This document shows, one piece after another, positions 55,663-63,656 of a DNA stretch of 64,000 bases (position 1 is the stretch's first letter; each line of letters opens with the position of its first letter). Source of the stretch: Promethearchaeota archaeon Loki_b32 (GTDB lineage: Archaea; Asgardarchaeota; Lokiarchaeia; Sigyniarchaeales; SOKP01); NCBI GenBank assembly GCA_005223125.1, contig NJBH01000013.1:32239-96238 (forward strand), given 5' to 3'. The position numbers were made by a program, and so were the translations under genes. The notes beneath the pieces are model-generated. The model had not been told where the DNA came from, did not search any database, and worked only from the letters and a program-made list of their open reading frames with translations.

Positions 55663-55871
55663 TTAGAATTCTTTTTCTAAATTGACAGAAATATCATTTT
55701 TTTTAGCATTTTGAGCTAATCTAAAGGCAATATTATATTGCTTAGCTACAATTTCCCAAGAAACTATGATATCAAGATAACGTCTTAAATTATCTCCTAA
55801 TTTTAATCGCAGGCGCTCATTACATGCCGTGGGGGATATGAACTTATGATTACAATTGGTTGATTTGACAT
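55663..55871 (-). pseudogene. Relic of a GT4 glycosyltransferase (N-terminal 16 aa joined out of frame to C-terminal ~55 aa)
   Basis: ATG at 55871 gives MSNQPIVIISSYPPRH, a typical GT4 N-terminus, followed by a stop. The +2 frame continues ..LGDNLRRYLDIIVSWEIVAKQYNIAFRLAQ.., a typical GT4 C-terminus. The ~300-aa core is missing. Confidence 0.5.
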
Positions 55872-55872
55872 A

Positions 55873-56055
55873 TTATTCACTTTCTATTATTTTTAATCCT
55901 AAATCTATTTCTGTTATATTATCTAATGAATACATATTTAAAAAAGAAAGTAAACAAGCTAAGGTAGATTTTGCCCCTTGATTTCTATTTATTCCAGTGG
56001 GGGTTATACTATCATAACATCCTCCAGTCTTATAATCGCAAAGAGAAAGATTCAT
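55873..56055 (-). pseudogene. Probable C-terminal fragment of a larger (glycan-related?) gene
   Basis: 60-aa ORF whose stop abuts the GT4 relic start. The upstream reading is broken by stops and frameshifts. NQGAKSTLACLLSF resembles C-termini of six-hairpin proteins that I recall occurring in GT4/GH130 clusters. That recollection is weak. Confidence 0.3.
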
Positions 56056-56179
56056 ATCACTGCGTCCTAAAAACCATTGTCTATCCTGTTTTTTAATTGA
56101 ACATCGTTGAGTTTATCTCGAAATCCTATAGGGATACCCAGAATTTCTACAGGAATAACTAAATATTGTATAATAATAC

Positions 56180-56374
56180 GGTGTAATTTACCGTATGCAA
56201 GATCTCAAAACTGTTTTCTTAATTTTTTCTACGGGAAAAGTAGTTTGTGTAGGAGCAAAGAATAAAAAAATTGTAAGAGATGCGTTTTTAAAATTAAATC
56301 ACGAAGTACGGGAACTGGGCGTTACTAAAAAAAGTAAGGCTAACATCGATAATCAAGATATAACTTTTATTTAA
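56180..56374 (+). pseudogene. TATA-box-binding-protein (TBP) derived fragment
   Basis: GVIYRMQDLKTVFLIFSTGKVVCVGAKNKKIVRDAFLKLNHEVRELGVTKKSKANIDNQDITF matches the second half of a TBP repeat plus the start of the next repeat (FPGxIYRxxxPKxxxLIFxSGKxVxTGAK...LxxxG...IxNxV). In-frame stops lie immediately upstream (56156-56176), preceded by a YPEF remnant. Confidence 0.55.
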
Positions 56375-56604
56375 ATTTTTTTCTATTCTATGTTATAGAT
56401 CGAACTTATTTTTTTTAGAAAAACATTTTCCTTATTAAGAATAAATAAATATTTAAATTAATTAACTCTTTAAAATTATTGACAAAGAATAATTGCTTAA
56501 AACATTTTCTAGGCAATTATAGATTTAATTTGAATAAAAATCTATGCTTAAATATACTTGTAAAATATTAATTAAAACATGATGAATAGGTTAGTAATAA
56601 TTCT

Positions 56605-57885
56605 ATGACTAAAATCATATTTATGTCTGGTTTTCCACCGATGATACATGGGATAGGATCTTATACCAAGTATTTAGTCGATGCTTTGTGTGAAAAGGAT
56701 TGTGATTGTGGAGTAATAAGTTTTGATCCTAATGCTTGTGAATTTCCCATAATGAAGGAGAAAAAAGTAGAATGTGACTATCCAGTCCTTTATACCATCC
56801 CTAGTTGTTATGATTATAATTTCAATCTGATCTTTGACAGTTTAACTAAATTATATAAAAATGGGGATAATTATGTTTTTTGGATACAACAAGGTGATAG
56901 TTTTTGGAGAAATCGTCTAAAATTTGTTAAGATGTTGAAATTTTTCAAGGAAAAGAAAGTTAAAAACATAATTGTTACACATCACACTCTTAATTTTCAG
57001 AGCCCTGAAACCAGATATGGTCTTAAAAAATGGCAATATGAATTACTTAAAAACGAATTACCTTATATAGACGTGAATACAGTGTTCACAAATGGGGTTT
57101 ATATGGCAATTACTAAAGCATTCCCTGAGTATAGAGATAAGATTGTTTTAATTAGACATGGTGTCCCGTCATATCCTCGAATAAGTCAGAACAATGCTAA
57201 AAAAGAAATTATAAGTTGGCTTGAGAGTAAAAATGAATTAAAAAAAGATTGGCAAAAAAGTGTAGAAGATTTAAATTCAAAGATTTTTGAAAGAATTTCT
57301 ATTACATTTGGAGATGTAGGTTTCATAGACAATAGAAAACTTTCAACTAATATCCATTCTACTATAAAACTTTTTCAAAAAAAATTCCCTAACAAGAATA
57401 TAATTGGTTTATATATTGGAACTCTAAGCTTTCTATCTAAACAAAAAATTAGCTATCTACAAAGACTTAAAAATCTACACAATCCTGAGAATAACTTCTA
57501 CTTCTTTGAAACTTATGTGCCTGAGAGATTATTTGCGAAATCACTAAGGGCTTTAGACATAGTTCATATGTGGCAAGAAGATTGCAGGCAGAGTGGAAAA
57601 TTTGCACACGCTATTGGTATTGGTGCCTATGTTATTGGTAGAAAACTTGAGGGTGTAGGCGAAACTCTTAAAATGTGTGGTTATCCTGCGTTGAACACTT
57701 ACAAAGATTTTCTAAATGAAATAGAGCGAGTTACAGCCAATTCTGAGTCTATAGATTTAATGAAGAAAAATGCTAGCAAGTATGCTAGGACTTATAATTG
57801 GGAGAACCAGGCCTTAAAACATATAGAACTTGTAGAATCTTTAATTTCAGGAGGAAAATTACCTCTTTTAGATGGATGGGAGTGA
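56605..57885 (+). CDS. GT-B fold glycosyltransferase (GT4-like, divergent)
   Basis: The N-terminus IIFMSGFPPMIHGIGSYTKYL parallels the GT4 SSYPPRxCGIAxF motif. 426 aa. Its stop overlaps the next ORF. Confidence 0.7.
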   Translation: MTKIIFMSGFPPMIHGIGSYTKYLVDALCEKDCDCGVISFDPNACEFPIMKEKKVECDYPVLYTIPSCYDYNFNLIFDSLTKLYKNGDNYVFWIQQGDSFWRNRLKFVKMLKFFKEKKVKNIIVTHHTLNFQSPETRYGLKKWQYELLKNELPYIDVNTVFTNGVYMAITKAFPEYRDKIVLIRHGVPSYPRISQNNAKKEIISWLESKNELKKDWQKSVEDLNSKIFERISITFGDVGFIDNRKLSTNIHSTIKLFQKKFPNKNIIGLYIGTLSFLSKQKISYLQRLKNLHNPENNFYFFETYVPERLFAKSLRALDIVHMWQEDCRQSGKFAHAIGIGAYVIGRKLEGVGETLKMCGYPALNTYKDFLNEIERVTANSESIDLMKKNASKYARTYNWENQALKHIELVESLISGGKLPLLDGWE

Positions 57886-59074
57886 TTGGATGAAATATGA
57901 ATTGAGAAATTTTCCTCTTAAAAGAAAAGAATTTGATGAAAAAATGAGTTTTGCTGAAAAAAATCTCTTCAGTTTGGGGTTAAAAGATGTAGCAGAAGAG
58001 ATTGGTAGAGAGAATGCAAAGTGGTTCATAGCTAATATACATTCTATTCAAGAAAAATTAGGCTATGAAAAACAAACGATGGTTGTTGGAGCACCTGGTT
58101 TCACTTTCCAAACATCTTCTGACAAATTTCGTAGAGGAATTCCTGAAGGAGCAAGGTTCACATGGGGAGATAATACATATGATTTTATTCCAGCAGACTT
58201 AGATATAGATTTTTGTGGCATGTTAGTTGGCATGGTAGAAGATGATTTAAGTCTTGAGAGAATTTTGAACGTCTTATATGAAATGAGAGAAAAAAAATAT
58301 GAAATTGATAATATAGAGATAGAAAGATCTTATTTTTGGCCAGGAAGTCATTTCTTGAAAGTATATGATGTTAAAAACTATAAAGCCCTAGACTTGCCGA
58401 AAAATGTTGCGGTTTTACACACATCTTCAAATAAAATGCGGAATCAATTAAAAGATTTAGTTCGAGAGAGAGCTGAAGAAATAGAAACATCCTTTGGTAT
58501 AACACGTGTTTTTCGAGGAAAAGATGCGAAGAAATATGAAAAATATTGCAAGTATGCAAGCGACTTTTCTAAAAGAAAACGACAGATTCTCTTTGAAGAG
58601 ATTTTTGATGGTGAGATAATAGCAAACCATAATCACTGTGATTTAAAGGGACTTAATGAAGCAATTATTGGCTGTGATGTTGTTGACGAGGGAGAAATTT
58701 CTGTGATATCATTAACTAATAGAGCTTATCTAGTTAAAGGTAAAAAGAATCTTTCTTCAGAAAAAATCGAAGAATGTTTTGGTTCAAGATCAATTGAAGA
58801 ATGGGCACATAATTACCTTTTAAACCTTAATATGGTTTCTCATGGAGGTGGTCATGAATTACCTGGAGTAGATCGTCTTGAAAAAGTCATTTTTTTTCCT
58901 GAGGGAAGAATATTTGTTTTAAAGTGCGGTTCTAGTACCGATGTATATGAAGACTTGTGGAATTTCCCTCGCGGTTACAGAGTAGAAGGTATTTTGGAGA
59001 GAATCCAATCTCTTGGATTAGCAAGTCATTATGCAACTCTTCAATTAAATTATACTATCAAAGTCGATTTCTGA
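57872..59074 (+). CDS. Uncharacterised metalloenzyme-like protein; compact RtcB-like candidate
   Basis: An ordered set of His/Cys motifs (DIDFCGM, PGSHFLKV, VAVLHTSSNKM, ANHNH, VSHGGGHE) parallels RtcB motifs as I recall them (DINCGV, GSGNHFLEV, VMVHTGSRGLG, AHN, CHGAGR). It is translationally coupled to the upstream GT gene. ATG 57890 is an alternative start. Confidence 0.5.
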   Translation: MDGSDWMKYELRNFPLKRKEFDEKMSFAEKNLFSLGLKDVAEEIGRENAKWFIANIHSIQEKLGYEKQTMVVGAPGFTFQTSSDKFRRGIPEGARFTWGDNTYDFIPADLDIDFCGMLVGMVEDDLSLERILNVLYEMREKKYEIDNIEIERSYFWPGSHFLKVYDVKNYKALDLPKNVAVLHTSSNKMRNQLKDLVRERAEEIETSFGITRVFRGKDAKKYEKYCKYASDFSKRKRQILFEEIFDGEIIANHNHCDLKGLNEAIIGCDVVDEGEISVISLTNRAYLVKGKKNLSSEKIEECFGSRSIEEWAHNYLLNLNMVSHGGGHELPGVDRLEKVIFFPEGRIFVLKCGSSTDVYEDLWNFPRGYRVEGILERIQSLGLASHYATLQLNYTIKVDF

Positions 59075-59251
59075 GATCAAAAAATTTATTCAATGTCCAT
59101 AAAATCAAGTTGATAATTTCTTAACTATGGATTTCTTTTTTCTGTTATAATTTCTTTCAAATATAAATAAATACTTATTTTATGAAAAAACTTTTAATTA
59201 AAGTTGATTTACAATTTTTAGTAAAAATAAGTTAAATACCCTATAAGTTTC

Positions 59252-59271
59252 GTGAATTTATAAAAATTCAC
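59252..59271. promoter_or_regulatory. Hairpin/palindrome GTGAATTT-ATAA-AAATTCAC between the RtcB-like and cytidylyltransferase genes
   Basis: 8-bp perfect arms with a 4-nt loop, followed by CGGGG. It could be a terminator-like stem or an operator. Confidence 0.3.
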
Positions 59272-59425
59272 CGGGGAGATTTATTCATACTCTTAAAACA
59301 TCCTAGATCATTGATTATTTAGCTTAAAAGGTTAATTTATTTTAACTAAATTTTTCATAATGGTAATGTAAAAAAAGTTCTAAATAAAATAATAAAGGTA
59401 TTAGTTACACCAAACAAATTTAAAA

Positions 59426-60211
59426 ATGAGGAATAGAAAAATCGAGGGTTTAATCCTTGCAGCGGGTTGTTCTAGGCGATTTAATTCAATGGATAATGCA
59501 TTTAAAAAATATTTATTAAAGGTAAATAATTCGAATATTCTAAGTTATATTATTGGTGGAATGATTAAAACTGGAATTAGAAAAATCAATATTATAGCTA
59601 GTAAAATTTCAAATAAATCAAAATATAAACAAATTCTCTTAAATTCCATAGGAAAACTAGGATTTGATTTTAAAAATTTTAAATTAAATATAATTGAAAA
59701 TACAACTCCAAAAAGGGAAAACGGTTATAGTCTTTTTTTAGGTTTAAAAGCAATCTCCTCTGAATATACATTATTATCAATGGCAGACCATATTTTCTCA
59801 GAAAACATTTTTTCTCAATTGGTAATGAATTATCATAAATATGATATTCTCTTAGCTACAGATCCCATAAATTTAAAAGACTCTTATAAATTAGAAGATG
59901 CCACTAAAATATACGGACTTAATTCTTTTATTACCAATATTGGTAAAGACATACCTGAGTTTAACCGATTAGATATGGGTGCTTTTCTATTAAGGACGAA
60001 AGTTATTCGTAATATTTGTCAGGAAAAAAAATTAGATACTTATAAATTTGGAGTAACAAATGTTGTTCTTTTAGCTATTGAATCTGGACTTAAAGTAAGT
60101 TATTTTGATTTTCCAAATGTCTTTTGGGTAGATGTAGATAATTCTTCAATATATCATCAATTAAAAGAATTTTTTCGCGAATCTTCTAATTTACACCCTT
60201 TTGGTTTATAA
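59426..60211 (+). CDS. Nucleotidyltransferase (MobA-like NTP-transferase; candidate CTP:inositol-1-phosphate cytidylyltransferase)
   Basis: Contains the GLILAAGCSRRF (LAAGxGxR) motif. 261 aa. It lies immediately upstream of a CDP-alcohol phosphatidyltransferase and an inositol-3-phosphate synthase. Confidence 0.7.
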   Translation: MRNRKIEGLILAAGCSRRFNSMDNAFKKYLLKVNNSNILSYIIGGMIKTGIRKINIIASKISNKSKYKQILLNSIGKLGFDFKNFKLNIIENTTPKRENGYSLFLGLKAISSEYTLLSMADHIFSENIFSQLVMNYHKYDILLATDPINLKDSYKLEDATKIYGLNSFITNIGKDIPEFNRLDMGAFLLRTKVIRNICQEKKLDTYKFGVTNVVLLAIESGLKVSYFDFPNVFWVDVDNSSIYHQLKEFFRESSNLHPFGL

Positions 60212-60266
60212 CCTCAAAAAATACCTTTTATAAGGAAAAAAAGAAAAAACGTGAAGAAATACGAAA

Positions 60267-61598
60267 GTGCAACAGAAATATATTCAAAATATGGGAAAAA
60301 ATCAAAATATTGATAATATAATAGGTATTATCATTTTACCAGAAAATCCAATATTATTCAAAAATCAGCCTTTTTATACAAAAAAATTATGTGGAGTTTC
60401 AATTTTAGAAAGAAATCTTAATATTTTAATTAAAAATGGAATAAGAGATATATTTATTTTATCAAAAAGTTCAGTAGATTTCAATAATGAAATGAATTTT
60501 GATAGTAAGAAGTTTGTAAGAATCATAAAGATAAGCAATCTTAATCATGTTAAAGAACATTTTAATCGAAAGAAAGAAATTAATTATATGAGCAATATTG
60601 CCGTTATTTTAGATGGAGGAGTTTTAATCGATGAGAGAATTGTTTCTTCATTATTAAATTATGGAGAAGATATTATATTCATAAAAGGTAATAGCATTCA
60701 TTCAAACCATACAGATAAAAATCAATCTAATATTTTAGGAGGTAAAATCAACCTTAGATCCAACGAGTATATTTTTGAAAAAAAGATAGGTTCTTTTCAT
60801 GACTTTTTCAAATCTTTAAAATCTTCTAATAAAACAATCTTTCATTCCTCAGATGAGATTTCTACCTATAAACCAGATATGAGAAGAGATATACATCTTT
60901 ATATTTATTCCTTTCGCAATTATCGAGATTTTAAGTCCGCTAAAAAGTTTCTTGTAAAAAGAACACAAAAGGGAACATTGGACTTAATTGCATGGTATTT
61001 TAATAGACATTTTGAAAATATTTTTGTTTATCTATTTGCTGATACTAGTATAACTGCCAATCATATTACGATATTGGTAAATATATTAGGATATTTTGTC
61101 TTATTCTTATTTTTAATACAATATTGGTGGATTGGTCTTTTTCTATTAATTTTAGTAAATATTCTTGATGGAGTTGATGGTAAACTAGCTCGTTTAAAAA
61201 ACCAAGAGAGTACGGTTGGCCATATTGAACATTCATTTGATCAATTATATGAACAGGCAATATACGTAGGTATAGGTCTTGCCTCGTACTTTATAATTGA
61301 TCAATTTTTTGTCATTATAGCATTAATTATAATGCTACTTTCTGATTCATTCAATCGGCATTGTTCAATGCAGTATAAAGAAGTAATGAAAATAACCTTG
61401 GCAGATAGCAGTAAATTTGATCAATCATTTAGAAAATTTGATGGAAGAAGAAATATCTATACTCTTCATATCTTAATTTTTGGTATTTTTGGTCAATTTA
61501 AATTTGTTATTTTTTCAATTTGTATTCACGCAATAATTACGAGTATAATTTATTCTATTCAAGCAATTAAACACATGAAAAAAGTGGATAACTTATAA
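60267..61598 (+). CDS. CDP-alcohol phosphatidyltransferase with N-terminal degenerate nucleotidyltransferase-like domain (IPCT/DIPPS-like architecture)
   Basis: The C-terminal multi-TM domain carries LDGVDGKLARLKNQESTVGHIEHSFD (DG-x2-AR-x8-G core). The N-terminal ~200 aa are NTP-transferase-like but lack the GxGxR loop (IIILPENPILF). GTG start, with ATG 60291 as an alternative. Confidence 0.8.
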   Translation: MQQKYIQNMGKNQNIDNIIGIIILPENPILFKNQPFYTKKLCGVSILERNLNILIKNGIRDIFILSKSSVDFNNEMNFDSKKFVRIIKISNLNHVKEHFNRKKEINYMSNIAVILDGGVLIDERIVSSLLNYGEDIIFIKGNSIHSNHTDKNQSNILGGKINLRSNEYIFEKKIGSFHDFFKSLKSSNKTIFHSSDEISTYKPDMRRDIHLYIYSFRNYRDFKSAKKFLVKRTQKGTLDLIAWYFNRHFENIFVYLFADTSITANHITILVNILGYFVLFLFLIQYWWIGLFLLILVNILDGVDGKLARLKNQESTVGHIEHSFDQLYEQAIYVGIGLASYFIIDQFFVIIALIIMLLSDSFNRHCSMQYKEVMKITLADSSKFDQSFRKFDGRRNIYTLHILIFGIFGQFKFVIFSICIHAIITSIIYSIQAIKHMKKVDNL

Positions 61599-61640
61599 AT
61601 AGAAAAAAAATTACAGAAAACTTTAAAGAGGGATATTTCA

Positions 61641-62801
61641 ATGAGTAAAATTAAAATTGCAATTGCTGGACTTGGTAATTGTGCTTGTTCACTAATTCAA
61701 GGTCTTGAATACTATAAAAGTAAGAATCAAGATAATTGTATTGGTTTAATGCATTGGGACATAGGGGATTATAAGCCAGGAGATATTGAGGTTGTTGCCG
61801 CATTTGACATAGATCAAAGAAAAGTGGGAAAGGATGTTGCAGAAGCCATTTTTCAACCACCTAATTGTACTAAGATATTTTGCAGAGAAATTCCAAAGAC
61901 CAATGTTGTCGTTAAAATGGGAAGAGTTTTAGATAGTATTGCGGAGCATATGAAAGATTATGATGATAATTATACTTTTGTTTTATCTTCTCAAAAAGAA
62001 TCTACAAAGGAAGAATTAGTTCAAGAACTTAAAAAATCTAAAGCGGATATGTTTATAAATTATTTACCAGTTGGTTCTGAAAAAGCTGCTAAATTCTACG
62101 CTGAAAGTGCTTTAGAAGCAGAAGTGGGTTTTATAAATTGTATTCCTGTCTTCATTGCTAGTGATCCTGAGTGGAGCATCAAATTCGAAAAGAAAGGAAT
62201 CCCAATAATCGGAGATGATATCAAATCTCAGATAGGTTCTACTGTAATTCACCGTGTTTTAACTAATCTTTTCAAAAAGAGAGGAGTAAAGCTAATGCGA
62301 ACATACCAACTCAATACAGGAGGAAATACAGATTTTCTTAATATGCTTGATAGAGTTAGGTTAATCTCCAAAAAAACATCTAAGACTGAAGCTGTTCAAT
62401 CACAAACAGCAGTTCGTTTAAGCAATGAAAATATACACATAGGACCAAGTGACTGGGTTCCTTGGCAAAAAGATAATAAATTCAGTTTTATCCGAATGGA
62501 AGGTAATATTTTTGGAGATATTCCCATGAATCTCGAACTACGCCTTTCAGTTGAGGATTCAGCAAATTCTGCAGGGATTGTAATAGATGCTATAAGATGC
62601 TGTAAATTAGCACTTGATAGAAATGAAGGTGGGGTTTTATATCATCCTTCTGCATACTTTACAAAACACCCTCCAATACAATACACCGATGATGAAGCAT
62701 ATCGCTTAACAGAAGAGTTCATCAATGGGAACGTGGATATCGCTAGACACTCAATTAAAAAATTGGTTAAATCAAATGAACAAGATATCAATATCAAATA
62801 A
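61641..62801 (+). CDS. ino1: myo-Inositol-3-phosphate synthase
   Basis: KIAIAGLGNCACSLIQGLEYY follows the VAIVGVGNCASSLVQGVEYY pattern of prokaryotic Ino1. Also present are NYLPVGS, GDDIKSQIG and QLNTGGNTDF. Confidence 0.9.
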   Translation: MSKIKIAIAGLGNCACSLIQGLEYYKSKNQDNCIGLMHWDIGDYKPGDIEVVAAFDIDQRKVGKDVAEAIFQPPNCTKIFCREIPKTNVVVKMGRVLDSIAEHMKDYDDNYTFVLSSQKESTKEELVQELKKSKADMFINYLPVGSEKAAKFYAESALEAEVGFINCIPVFIASDPEWSIKFEKKGIPIIGDDIKSQIGSTVIHRVLTNLFKKRGVKLMRTYQLNTGGNTDFLNMLDRVRLISKKTSKTEAVQSQTAVRLSNENIHIGPSDWVPWQKDNKFSFIRMEGNIFGDIPMNLELRLSVEDSANSAGIVIDAIRCCKLALDRNEGGVLYHPSAYFTKHPPIQYTDDEAYRLTEEFINGNVDIARHSIKKLVKSNEQDINIK

Positions 62802-62961
62802 ATGTTCCGAAGCAAATCTTTTTTTTATTTTTTATAATAAATGTTTTTATGAAAATCTAAATTAAAAAAGATACCAGAGAGGGAAATTAAGAAAATTTGA
62901 GAAAATGTCGGATTACTCACCGACCAAAAGAGGATGAAGGGAAAAACAACATTTTAGTATT

Positions 62962-63429
62962 TTAAGAACAATCATTTACATAACCACTTTTATTCTCAAC
63001 AATAAAATGAGGGACTTCATGTAAATATGTCCTTCCAGCAATCATGTAAGAAAGTAAAGAATGGTGTCCATCAAACAATATCCATTCCGATTGCTTTGTC
63101 TTTACTAATTTAATATGTGGTAATCCGCGTGGAGACAGGATATCTTTTCCAGATTTTATTTGTTTAACCATTGTTCTTATCTGGTTCATACTTTTAATGC
63201 CATTAATATTGTGGAGGTTTATAATCTCTCTCAATAAAACTAGTTTTTTAACTTCACTGATTGTCTCTTTTAGTTTTGAACCAAGTTCTTTTTCAAACTG
63301 CTCTACAGTATCATAAATGGTAATGTTTTTATTTCTTAAATATACTTTTAATGATGAAATACGCGTTAAATTTCCATCTTTAGATTTATACGGATATATT
63401 ATTTTCACGAATCTATAATTCATCTGCAT
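62962..63429 (-). pseudogene. ParB/Srx-like gene, second copy: N-terminal part intact and in one frame, C-terminal ~70 aa missing
   Basis: The 155-aa ORF is co-linear with 51781..52427 but diverges at 62971 and stops (..GYVNDCS*), where copy 1 continues ..GYVNDKEILIFFGIH... Confidence 0.65.
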
Positions 63430-63624
63430 TAAAAATATTTAACCTAATTTATAAAGCTTTTATGAGTGTTTTAACCAAATATTACATTTTTCATTAATAA
63501 TTGATAAAAAGTTATTTATACGATTCAATTTTGCTAGCCATTCTTTAATAAATTATTAAGAAACACCCTTTCCCTAAAAATCACGAATTTTGGATAATAA
63601 AGGAAAAATAACGGAATATCCATG
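62971..63624 (-). repeat. 653/654-bp direct repeat, right copy (partner 51976-52628)
   Basis: See the left copy. The right end (..GGAATATCCATG) lies 32 bp upstream of the GH130 start codon. Confidence 0.9.
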
Positions 63625-63656
63625 AATTAATAAGAAAGAGATCGTTATACCCAATT

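Noticed and set aside
56056-56170. Minus-strand reading VIPVEILGIPIGFRDKLNDVQLKNRIDNGF as an extension of the 55873..56055 fragment
   Set aside because: It is in a different frame from the downstream ORF and is interrupted by stops. It also competes with a degenerate TBP upstream remnant on the plus strand. It is too ambiguous to call.
1084-61860. Many 60-100-aa ORFs in the six-frame track that lie inside or antisense to long, well-supported genes. Examples: 1084..1350, 1370..1579, 1483..1677, 2883..3194, 3541..3738, 4149..4394, 7330..7557, 13143..13325, 14895..15134, 15577..15789, 15865..16056, 17364..17549, 17811..18011, 19052..19234, 19762..19992, 20539..20736, 28882..29151, 29694..29876, 30961..31194, 33208..33405, 34690..34872, 36997..37395, 37399..37617, 41539..41721, 41868..42107, 48318..48506, 48938..49120, 50513..50740, 53729..53956, 58371..58559, 61066..61260, 61651..61860.
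   Set aside because: They overlap genes with clear family motifs. They have shadow-ORF composition (hydrophobic or S/F/L-rich mirror of K/E-rich genes). They show no SD or promoter context.
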